DNA from: Podarcis gaigeae
Taxonomy: Eukaryota
NCBI GenBank assembly: GCA_964106915.2
Contig: OZ066924.1
Length of the DNA stretch: 64,000 nucleotides
Direction: 5' to 3' (one strand)
Translations under genes and position numbers: made by a program
Shown: positions 52,947 through 64,000 of the stretch, one piece after another
Position numbering within the stretch: position 1 is the first letter of the stretch
How the letters are laid out: each line of letters starts with the position of its first letter
The notes under the pieces: model-generated
The model's database searches: none
The model's input: only the letters and a program-made list of their open reading frames with translations
Told to the model about the DNA's origin: nothing

Positions 52947-53299
52947 AGCAGGTGGCGCTGTGGGTTAAACCACAGAGCCTAGGACTTGCCAATCAGAAGG
53001 TCGGCAGTTCGAATCCCCGCAATGGGGTGAGCTCCTGTTGCTCGGTCCCTGTTCCTGCCAACCTAGCAGTTCGAAAGCACATCAAAGTGCAAGTAGATAA
53101 ATAGGTACCACTCTGGCGGGAAGGTAAACGGCGTTTCCGTGCGCTGCTCTGGTTCGCCAGAAGCAGCTTAGTCATGCTGGCCACATGACCTGGAAGCTGT
53201 ACGCCGTCTCCCTCGGCCAATAAAGCGAGATGAGCGCCGCAAACCCAGAGTTGGTCATGAGTGGACCTATTGGTCAGGGGTCCCTTTACCTTTACCTTA
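52947..53299 (+). mobile_element. Near full-length Sauria SINE
   Basis: tRNA-like head with A box (tggcgctgtggg) and B-box-like agttcgaatccc, central aagtagataaataggtacc, and a (ACCTTT)n tail. Confidence 0.92.
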
Positions 53300-53367
53300 C
53301 TTCCCTATGCTACTGTTTAATGGAAGCCTAAAATAAATGAGGTGTTACAGCATCCTAGGAAACTGTT

Positions 53368-53655
53368 GGGTTGTATCCAGTTATGTCCTCCTTTCACGAG
53401 AAGGGTTTTTGGTTCAGCTGAGCCTTCTGTGAGCAGAGGAGAGGAGTAGCTTTTACAAACTCTCCCATTCACTCTGCTGCACCCCTCCAAACCTGCACTA
53501 AGGGGTTGGGAGACCTTTTGGAACAGGAAGTAGCACATGGGAGTACAGAAGAAGCAGAAATTCTTGAAAATCATTTCCCTTCCCCTTCCATTCATTGAAA
53601 CCTCTGCTGGAGCAATGAACCTTCCACGGTGGAAGGACACCATTGAAATCAAGCC
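53368..53655. mobile_element. Old non-autonomous DNA transposon-like element (similar sequence near 2900-3070 and 5400-5580)
   Basis: Degenerate inverted ends gggttgtatccag / ttgaaatcaagcc and an internal palindrome ccttccacggtggaagg. Confidence 0.45.
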
Positions 53656-56413
53656 TTCATTTCGCTGATAATGTAGGGACTACTGCAGCATGGTTTTTTT
53701 TTTTAAGACAAAGGTCATCAGTTCTACAATAAACACTCATTTTCTTTATAATCTTCATTGTATTGTACCCTTTTAGTTAATTTCTGGGTGAAAATATATA
53801 AATTGTTATAGTTTTCCACAAAGACTGTACTTCTTAGTCAGGCTGATGATCAGCTTCACTTATAGTATTCAAAGCACATTTAGAGTGCATGCCTTGGGGA
53901 TGGGAGGTGGGTGTCTGTTGCATTTTTAAAAGCACTATCCTTTACATATCTACTCAAGAACAGCAGCCATTGAGTTCAGTGGAACTTATTTCTTGATAAA
54001 TGTGTATAAAGCCATATCCATATATTTTAAATACATGAAGAAGTCGACTAGATAACTGGCTAGCATATTTTCTTTTTGCTTATTATAACGGAAATAGAAA
54101 TAATAATGTACAGGCAAACAACAACCAAAATTGATTGTTACATTCTATCAACAGTGTTCTGTTTCTAATGGAGTGAAAAGGCAAAATAAAAAAGTTAACA
54201 CAACTTGTTCATTTTCCTTAAATATATTCACAGTACTAAAGCATCACGCTGCACATCTGTGCAGTGATATAATATCCACTGTAATGGCAGTTTTGGATAT
54301 CTAAAGACTAAAGTTGAATTGTCTTTTTATTAGACAATATACTCCCTAACTTATTTTAACTCTTTCTGTAATTCATTATTGAAGTACAACAACTGACACA
54401 CATTGAAATGTATACCCTTAGTAGGCTACCAGCTAATTTGATTAGGAGTCTTATTGTTGGACTCTTAGCTCTCATCAGTAAAACTTGCTTCTTGAATTTT
54501 ATTGATTTACAACCATCTCTCCACAATATACAAGGGTTTCTAAATTAATAAATTCAGAAAGAGGTATTTCATTATAAGGACATATACATTTTGATTAGTA
54601 TCATTTAACTTGTTGGCTGCAGAGCAGTTCCCATAAAGCACTAGTTTAGCCCTATTCTTATCTGACGAAATCTCTATATTCCAAGGATGTTGGCGCTGTA
54701 CCAGAAGTCCTCTAATATGGAGAGGTTGTTCATGACAAGCAGAGGTTTCCTACCCCTTAGCTAGGTATGTCTGTAAGCTCATCTGTTCAACTCACACCCC
54801 TCCCAACTCTCATGTGAGGCTTCAGTTCTATTAATCTTGAATATCCTGGGAGTATAAGAAGCATAAACTTCTGGATACTTCTTGGTGAGCATAGAAGAGC
54901 TTCTTATTGCTATTAATTTCATCAAGAGATGAAAACAGAACATAGTGCAATAAAACAATTGTATATGTCCATAGTTAAGGCAAAGCAGTGCTAATTGCTG
55001 TTGGCTGCTGAAATGAAAGCACATTTGACTACCTTTGTAAAGAAAAAAACGAGAACTGGTAAAGTAAGTCTATTTCATCAGTTGCCTAAACAATAGTAAG
55101 AAAGCAGTCTGTATGTTTCTTGAAGCTGTGAATAAAGTACTGCTTCACCGAGGAGATGTGGATCTTTGTGCTGTGTGCAAAAAATGTACTGTATTGTTGC
55201 ATAGAGACAATGAAAGCAATTTTTCCACTCTTCACTTGGGCTGGGGGGAGCCACTGGGCAATAGTGATAGTTTTTCCACACTGCTCTGACCCCAGGTAAG
55301 TCTCTGTGAAATCATTTTTTAGACAAAAAGGGGGAAGTGACGATGCATGCAAGGTATTGCTGCATTAGTCTTTTCCAATTAGGTGAGCTGACCTGCCGAG
55401 TGACTGATCTAGAAAGAAGAATGGTTGCAGCTTACAACACGATCCAAGCAGAACAGTCAGAACAAACTATTGTAAAACAGTTTTGCTGAATATATTAGTT
55501 AAAGAAAAGGGAGCAGTAGGATAGAGGTTGCAAAATGGGGAAAGAGTCACAGAAACAAATTACATAGATGGTAAAGCTGTTGGAGGGCAATGAGGGATGG
55601 ACTCTATATTCTTCAAAGAAAATAGCTTCCTGAAGTTTTGATTTAAAATCATAGCTGGGTTTATTTGCAGGCTTCTCAGAAAATACCTCTGGGACAACAG
55701 AGCAGTTCCTGATTTAAAATAAAAAATAACAATTGACAGTGGGGCAAAAACAGTTTAATAGGTGGAGAGAAATGACTTGAGCAAAATAAATAACTTGAGC
55801 AATAAAAGCAGTTCTGTTCAGCTCCATTTCTGAATTTCACAGAGTCAACGAAGAAAATAAGTTTTAATATGGCAAATTTCATCGTGATTATATCAAGTAA
55901 ATGACTGGGAATTGTTATTGGGCTGCAAAAGGCTAGCATGGCTCTCCCTTCTGGGTTTTATTGAGGAATAGAAAATTGTAAACTCCATAGCTAGATAATT
56001 GCCACCGCAACCAAGTTAGGGTTACAGTTTACATTAAAATTTGGTTGGAAGAAAAAGGTATACAATAAAAAAATAATGTTCCTTCTGAAATGTCATTGAT
56101 TGTTGAAATACCGTTCCAGTTTTCCTCTCCCATTTTTCCTTATCTTCCTCCTTGCCTTCCTCCAGAGTCTGCCATCCTGGGTGTGAGCTGGAAGACACCA
56201 AGGGAGTCATGACACTCCTGTAGACAATGTAATGTGTCAGATTCCTGTTTATGACTGTTTCCCATTGTTTTACATGCAAATCTATTATTGTAAGATGTAA
56301 AACAATGGGAAGCAGTAAAATCAGTAGAGCTTGTTTCTAAGATACTTTGCACTTTTAGAAGACACCTTAGAAATTGGAATGGAGTTTAAACCTGTTTTTA
56401 GAAGGACCTAGAG

Positions 56414-56538
56414 CAGGAATTTGTATCCAGCTGTTGGTACTGTAGCGCCCATCATCCCTGACCGTTGATCATGCTGGCTAGGGCAAGTTGGAGATAAAGT
56501 TCAGCAGCAACAGGAAGATCACAACTTGCCCATTTCTG
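56414..56538. mobile_element. Old hAT-type MITE related to family C
   Basis: Exact 8-bp TSD acctagag and core cccatcatccctgacc...gctggctaggg. Confidence 0.75.
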
Positions 56539-58726
56539 ACCTAGAGCATAGTGAGTGTCTCATGCTTCAATCCACATTTCCCATGTGGAGTCCTAACTGA
56601 GAAAACCTGTGCTTCCCAGGGCTGATGACTGTGATATGTTCAATCTGGGCCACTCCTCTCTGTTGCCATCTCAACATATTAGGTTTTTTTAAAAAAATGT
56701 GTGGGTCATCATATACCCTTGGGGTTATTGCAGAGAAGCTGCAGAGTGTGCCTTTTCCCACACTTGAGACTAGATCAATTTATTTCCTAGTACAGAGACT
56801 CTAGTAAGCTGGGGCATCATTGGAATACAAGAAAAGAAATTACATGGTAGTCATTGAATATTATTAATGGTATCGCATAAGGGTGTGGTTGTAATACCTA
56901 GTGAATAACGATTCACTGGTACACTACAAAAGGAAGTTCATTCCAGTAGCAATTGATGTTAAGACACAGTCACAGTCTTATCTGTCTGTATGCTTGTAGG
57001 GGGACTGAGATTTTAGGCTAGCAGCTTTGGTGTGTGGATAGATGCTTGCTATAATCTCATTTCCATTCTAATTATACATTTTTATTTTCCTTAATATAAG
57101 CCTCTTTCAGTAATAAATTGAGCTCTGATAGTACTGTGTGACTTGAGGGATTTTGAGATAAACAAGCTAATAGTAGGTGCTTCTGAGTCAGCAAATCCTC
57201 AGTACAGAAATACTGAAAGGCCCTTGAGGCTCAAACTATGCTAATGTTTTAATGAGAGAAAACAGAGGCAAGTAGAGCATGCCTGTTGCATTGTGTGGTT
57301 AGGGCCCTGAGACCCAGTTGAGCATATCTGGAGTGACTTATATCTATTTTAGGATGGACAGGGCTGCAATTGCTGGAGTGCAAGGTTACAGTTAGCAGAT
57401 ACAATGCCTAGCGTTCTCTCATTTTGAATCCAATAGAAATTCACCCTGCTTACTTAATTCTCATTGACTCCAAAACAATAGCCAAAATGCTTTTTAAGAT
57501 TGAGTAAATTATATTTTATTTGGACATTTTAAAAGTCTTTATCGGAGTAAAGAGCATAAACCATCTGAAGCAGAGACTACTCATGAGCAAAGAGACAGAA
57601 ATGTTGCTCAATTACAGAAGAATGAAGATCTTGCTGCTTTTCTAATTGGTTTGTGATATAATGGGTGAAAGCATGAGAGACCAATTTCACAAGATACTTC
57701 GAGAGTAGTTTCTAACATGTAATCAAGAAATGACAGGCTTTCAGCAGAAAAGTCAGAGTAGTCTCGGAGGTAATTTTGGAATTGCTTCGCTGTCTGTACT
57801 ACTTGTACTGAACATCCTCTTAAGACATTTGGCAGGATGCCATATCATCAACCTGATGCCAGGAGTATGAGGGCTAATCATCCTTATTCATAGACTGCTA
57901 TGAACTTGTATCTCGTCCTTTCAAGAACTCAACTAGGTATTGCAAGAGTGAGGCACTTGCTACTAATTTGGTCAAAGTTTCTGTCATCTTGGTTCTGTTA
58001 CATGCATATATTGTCAAATCTATTGAACATGGAATACTAAATTGAAAAAGACCTAGGTAGACATACCGTATTTTTCTGTTTATAAGTTGCCCCCATGTGT
58101 AAGACGAGCCCTATTTTTTTGAACCCCAAATTAAGAAATCGATAGTTTAAACATCAAACAGAACAATTTTGATATTTTATTAAATATTCCAAGCTACGGT
58201 GCGCAAGGACAGCAGCGGAGTGTGCCCCACCCAAGTTGTTTTTGGGGGGAGATAGCCCCCAAAGACCACATAAGGATTTTTGCCATAAAGAGCGAGCACT
58301 ATCTATCTAGCACAGGAAATCAAAGTATTTTGGGGACTGAGTTTTTGATTGGTTTTCTTGGCACAATACAGGTGATAGGTCTAGCATGACACAGTTTGGG
58401 GCCAAAACAAAGACAACTTTCCTTGCTGCAAGATAAAACACTGTGGTCCTTTGCTGGTTAAGGAACAACTGCTTTCTCCTGGTACAACATGAATTTGATT
58501 AGAATACTTATTTTTTCAATTCTGATGCCACCCACACCCCGCTTGGTTGTAAAGAAAAACCTCAGAACTATTTATTAAAAGTAACCATACATCATGTTTC
58601 TTTCATGAGAAAAGTTTCTATTTACCATGGAAAACAGAATAATGATTATTTAAACCATTGTTTTAGGTATCAGGAGCAGCCTGCAGGAATTGGTATTTCT
58701 CCCTTCCCGTGGCATACATATTTCTA

Positions 58727-58997
58727 CAGTGGTGCCCCGCAAGACGAAAGCCTCGCAAGACGGAAAACCCGCTAGACGAAAGGGTTTTCCGTTTTGGAGG
58801 TGCTTCGCAAAACGAATTTCCTATGGGCTTGCTTCGCAAGACGAAAATGTCTTGCGAGTTCCTGCGGGGTTTTTTTCCTCCCCCCCCCCCTTTTCCCAAG
58901 CCGCTAAGCCGCTAATGGGCTTGCTTCGCAAGACGAAAAAAGCGCAAGACGAAGAGACTCGCGAAATGGATTCTTTTCGTCTTGCGAGGCACCACTG
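58727..58997. mobile_element. Tc1/mariner (Tigger-like) MITE, CpG-rich
   Basis: TA-cagtggtgccccgcaagacgaaa ... tttcgtcttgcgaggcaccactg-TA, with several internal cgcaagacg repeats. Confidence 0.9.
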
Positions 58998-60608
58998 TAC
59001 TGACACTTAAGATTTATGCCCATGCCAACATTAGCATTAACCAACATGGTTAATGCTAACTGCAATGTACTGTTATCCAAGATTTGGTTTGAGTGTTAAA
59101 CATGGTTAAAGCTGACGCTTATTTAGATCTGGTGGAGAAAGTAGGGGATTCACAATAGACAATAGAACTAGAGAAAACATGCCAGACCCTTTACCATTTC
59201 CTGATCCTTTAGACCTGGTCCCAGAATTCAGTGGCAATGCCCCGGCATATAAACATGCATTTTTAAAATGGTAAAATTCCACCTCTTGGTAGCATTTCAT
59301 TCACGCTGGTGTGTGAGCTAAAGCATGGGTGAAATTAATATATTATATGTATGAGTTTGCCTCAGCTGAGAATCATTATTACCTTGTGAATATTTTTAAT
59401 ATTATGTTTTGTTTAAATAAATACATACTCTGTAATCTGTATATTAGGTTAGGATTTACATTGGCACATTGTACCTGTCCCAGTGATTTTGAATCCTAGG
59501 TATTAGGACTTTAAAACAGTAAGCTGAGCATTTAACATCTGCATTAGATATAGACTGAATTTAATGGAAATGCTGACAGAATCTTAATTGTGAAGATGCT
59601 ACAGGGCATCACTATTATTCATAGCCTGTTTCAAGTGGTACCTGTAGGCTGTTTGCTGAAAATCTATTGCATATGACAGGAAGACAAATTGTGGCCTAGT
59701 TTTTTAGCACGGCATTATAATTGGTACATGTGCTCATTAAGAATAGTTTATAGAAATGTTGTCCGCAAGGTCCATCAATTAGCCAAGTAGCACTGCATTC
59801 AGTGCATATCTATTTTATCCTTTTACTTGTGGAATTATTTTTTAAAAAATATATAGTTATATGTGTATGTTTGTGGTTTTGTATCTGTGTCTGTACATAT
59901 ATACTTATAATGTTTCAGTTTTAATTTTGTTTCAGATAAGAAATGTAGCTTAGACAGATGCTTCACAAAGCCACTGTTGTATAAAATAGTTTGTGTATTA
60001 AGCTTGTTATTTAACCAATATCATATCCTTAACATATTTTTATCTTTGCCTTCCAACTGGGTAGTGAGTGCTGAAGATTGATTGCTGTTGTCCATCAAAG
60101 AAACAAAGCACATTCCCATTTAGTTTTTTCATGGAGACATCTGTGCCTTTGTATTTCCCCATTTAAAGATGGCAAAATGGTGACCTCTAAAGTTATTTTT
60201 CTTTATATGGGTTAAAATACATCAAATATAGGAATAAACCTCTTTACCTGGTATGTCTATTTATTTGAGTTTTTAAAAATAAAATCCAGGAATGAATTAT
60301 AATAAATATGCAGAAATGTGCACATTCTCGTTAATCCAAATCTTGGCTTTTCTTGTTCATGCATTAAACTCTAGAGTCACAAACCTCATATGTCTTCCAA
60401 ATTTAAGTAAGGATAGTTTCCTATCTTTGTCCCTGCAACAGCATGTAATGGGGACCTGATTCTTTAATGTTCTTTTCCACTTCTTTTTTAAACAGAATCA
60501 TCACATTGTTGAGTTTACTTGCTGCAAGAAGTAAATTTACCAGCAATTCACACAATTGTGTTTTTGTTGTTGTTGTTAGCAATTCCCTTATGCAATTGCC
60601 AGCATATA

Positions 60609-60834
60609 CAGTGGTGCCTCGGGTTAAGTATTTAATTCATTCCGGAGGTCCGTTCTTAACCTGAAACTGTTCTTAACCTGAAGCACCACTTTAGCTAATG
60701 GGGCCTCCCGCTGCCGCTGCGCCGCCGGAGCACAATTTCTGTTCTCATCCTGAAGCAAAGTTCTTAACCCAAGGTACTATTTCTGGGTTAGCAGAGTCTG
60801 TAACCTGAAGCGTATGCAACCTGAGGTACCACTG
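60609..60834. mobile_element. Tc1/mariner MITE, family A
   Basis: Highly similar to 4750-4980 in the same orientation. Ends cagtggtgcctcgggtt / aacctgaggtaccactg. Confidence 0.9.
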
Positions 60835-63261
60835 CAATTGGCAGAGATCAATCTTGCAATGCATCCACCCTTGTGACCTGATTCATTGCTGACATTCAAA
60901 CCAATTCATACCCAGCCTTTCACTGGCAAAATAGGCATGTTTATTACAAGTCAAAATACAAGTCAGGAGGGATCCAGTGACCAGGCTTTGGAGGGAATAT
61001 TTCCCATGGCTACCAGAAAGTCCATAGAAATACAGGATTAGGGCTTCAGGTGGAGTTACCACAATGTGGAATCATTTGCACAATTAATCTATAACAAAAG
61101 ACCTTTAAAGGGACATAGATGTGATTCTGAAAGGATTCTTAGCATCCAAGGAAGTGAATTTATAAATTAGAAGTTAGTCCCTTCTCCATAAAAATCTATA
61201 GACTGATGATTGTATCTTTTTAATGGTTTAAATTAAGAGACTATTTAAACACAATGGGTAATAGCCAAGTAAGTCAGACTCAGAGTAGACCCTGAAATCA
61301 ATGTACAATATTCAACGTTACCCCCCTCCCACACACTTTAGTTAGGTGTAAACATTAACTTTTATAGTACAAAAAGAAAAGATGCTGTTGAGATATTTGC
61401 AAGGGACTATTGCTGTTTCTGTTCATTGTTGTGACTTTTCACAGTGGCAATTTCATCCTCACTTTCATAACTTTTATCGTTTGACTGCATTGCGTAATAA
61501 CTGTAGGTATCAAGCTGAGACCATTAAACTACGAGGATCTTCACAATTCTGTAGGGCCACTGTGCCTTGGAAAATTGATTTTCTTCCTGAATGTGAAGCA
61601 GGGGTCTGAAAAGTTGTTTTATATAAATTGCAAAGGTGCTGTCAGATTTATCTGAATGCAGATTTAGACTTCTAGAAAGTAAATAGAATGTATTACTGCG
61701 CTTTTATCATTCACATGCATAAATGTGTATTCAACAATGCCTTTGCGTTGTACGCAGCATGTGTGATTTGCCTTCCCATCTAATGCTTTTAGCATGAGCT
61801 CTGTTTAATGCGTAACACATTTCTTTTTGTTTCTCTTGTTTTGTTATTCTGCAAGGTTTCCAGTAAAATGTAAAAGCACTCCTAATACAGCTTGAGCACA
61901 GAGGGATAACATGTAGAATTAAGTGTTCATGTAGAAATGGTATAAACAGAATAAAGTATGTTTGCAGCAACTAAATATATGTTAAGCCAGGGATAGCAAA
62001 CATAGTGCTTTCTAACATTTTTGAACTATAACATGCATCATCCAGACCATTGACCATACTGACTAGGGCTGATGGAAGTTGGACTCCACCAAAAAACAGA
62101 CAAAACAAAAACCTACAAACAGTGAGAAGTTATTAATACAAAGTATCATTGATCTTCTATGTGATCATACTTATATATTTCTTGCACAGTACTTCTAGCC
62201 TCTTTCCTCTCATCACAGCACAATAGAACCTAGTGGTAGCACCATGATACCCATAAACTGAAACACTAAGGATTGCTTGAGGTTCTCCCTCCTTGGGACT
62301 AACAGGAATCAGTGCAACACTCCTTTCCCACAGATATATCAAAGCAAATTCAAAGACAGACAGCTTGAAATCCAGTCTAGAAAGCCAAGCACAGAGCATA
62401 ATATGAGCTTTTTGTTTTGTCTGATATATAACCACTCCAGATTTAAGTACAGACTCGGTATTGCTTGACCCCCCCACCTTATTAAGTCATCTGCAGTGGA
62501 CACAAATGTAATGGAGCATCTTTGAGTTACATCAGAGGGAAATTCAGGAATCTAATTTATTACTTTATCAAAGTATATATTTCTTACCAAACCATGATGT
62601 TTGTATTTCACCCTCGGTGATGCACCAAGACTTCAGACCTAAGAGATGTGCTGGATTAATTCCAATTCAAACAGGGTAAATGTTGTTTTAAAAGATACTC
62701 CTAAAACTTAATTATTTTAAAGCCATGTCAAATATATAAGTGCTTAAAAGGTAATGAATCGGATATTTGAATGAGTCATTCCATCATTTTGTGTAAAGAC
62801 TGATGGTAAGTAAAATTACATTTTAATGGCCTTTTATTTTCTGCACTGAAGTTGATGGCAAAACTCCCATTGACGTCAGTTGCCGCAGGATTAGGCCTTA
62901 ATTGGTTTGCCTTTGGGAGAAATCAACTGATCTAGCTCTCTGCAAAACTAGCATTCAGCCAACCATTCAGTGACTAGTAAATGCACATTTTCTGAAAAGT
63001 CTTAACTAATGTCGTAAAGAGTAGATTTCAAATAGGCATTAACTTAAGTTTCAATATTGAATTGTGTTTACACACCACATACTGTTAGTTGAGATTTTTT
63101 AGCATTGCACTTATGTTCTACGCTTAGATCGCATCAGTTTGCTGGTTTGTGGAAACAAATTTTGCTGCACCAACTTTTTGTCGGTAGGAACTATCAATCA
63201 ACGCTAGATCTGTCAATGTAAAGGTCTGGTAACTAAATATCTGCCCAACTAAGTAATAAGA

Positions 63262-64000
63262 TGTTATTTATTGCTGTTGTTATTATTAACTTGCCCTTCA
63301 CTTTAAGGTTTTTGGCAAGTTACAACAATTAAAACACAATACTAAAATAAGTTTTAAACAACTTACAGTCACAGAATTAAGGTGGGTCCTAAAAATATAA
63401 ACACCTCGAGTGTCAAAAGTCAGGGTAGAAAGGTGTATCTTCACCATTTGCCAAATGCTGTAAAATGAAGATGGCAGATGCACCTCTCTGAGGACAGTGG
63501 GACAGTCCATGGGACCTGCTCTGCCAATATAAACACCCAAAAGTGTCTGTAGGAAAGAAGGTGGTCTTTCAGGTATTTAAGGCCTGAGTTGTTTAAACAC
63601 TAAACACCTTGAGTTGGGCCTGGAAAAGAACTGGCAACCCATTGTTTTAAAATAGGTTCTGTGATATCTAAACAGAACCCCAAAAGTAATCTGACCACTG
63701 TATTTTGGACCAACTGATCTTTCCAAATTATCTACAAGGGCAGGTTGCACTAATCCAATCTGGAAGTGGCCAGAGCATGGAGTCCAGTGGCCAAGTCATT
63801 AGTATCCAAAAAGGGCTGTAGCTGGTGAATTAGCCATAGCTAGAGAAAGGCATTCTTATCCACCCAGTGTCTCCAGTGACAATGTTGAATCCAGGAGCAA
63901 CCCCGATCTGCAAACCTGTTCCTTCCAGGGGAGTGCAACAGTGTCCAGGACACCTCCCAGATGTGAGAACGTGGGGCACATAATGCCTGTGTCTTCTTAG
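63262..64000 (-). mobile_element. Degraded L2-clade LINE 3' portion running off the window end
   Basis: Minus-strand DLATGLHALATSRLD*CN near 63740-63800 and ggttgccag...caggcccaactcaaggtgtt ('LP...QAQLKV') motif. Confidence 0.65.

Noticed and set aside
350-63540. The supplied six-frame ORFs as independent genes
   Set aside because: All are short (134 aa or less), many start at non-ATG codons, and none resembles a cellular protein. Those with recognisable motifs are LINE fragments. The real coding exons are missing from the track in their true frame.
44920-64000. Next FBXL17 coding exon
   Set aside because: I found no phase-1 exon continuing the LRRs. It presumably lies beyond the window.

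Overview
Vertebrate genomic DNA, inferred to be from a squamate (probably a lacertid lizard) because of its repeats: Sauria SINE, Bov-B, CR1/L2 and lizard-type MITEs. The window lies inside one + strand gene, FBXL17 (F-box/LRR protein 17). Three internal LRR-coding exons are visible at 2096-2203, 5934-6064 and 44843-44919. They have canonical AG/GT ends and consistent phases, are separated by introns of 3.7 kb and 38.8 kb, and are followed by at least 19 kb of further intron. None of the supplied ORFs is a real gene. The introns hold many Tc1/mariner-type and hAT-type MITEs (several with exact TIRs and TSDs), 3' LINE fragments, SINEs, one solo LTR and microsatellites. I see no demonstrably new biological system. 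The best leads are a recursive-splice-site/RS-exon-like arrangement at 55271-55388, a MITE-derived candidate poison exon, a near-perfect 54-bp tandem duplication in non-repetitive DNA, and repeat-free homeodomain-motif-rich blocks that may be enhancers.
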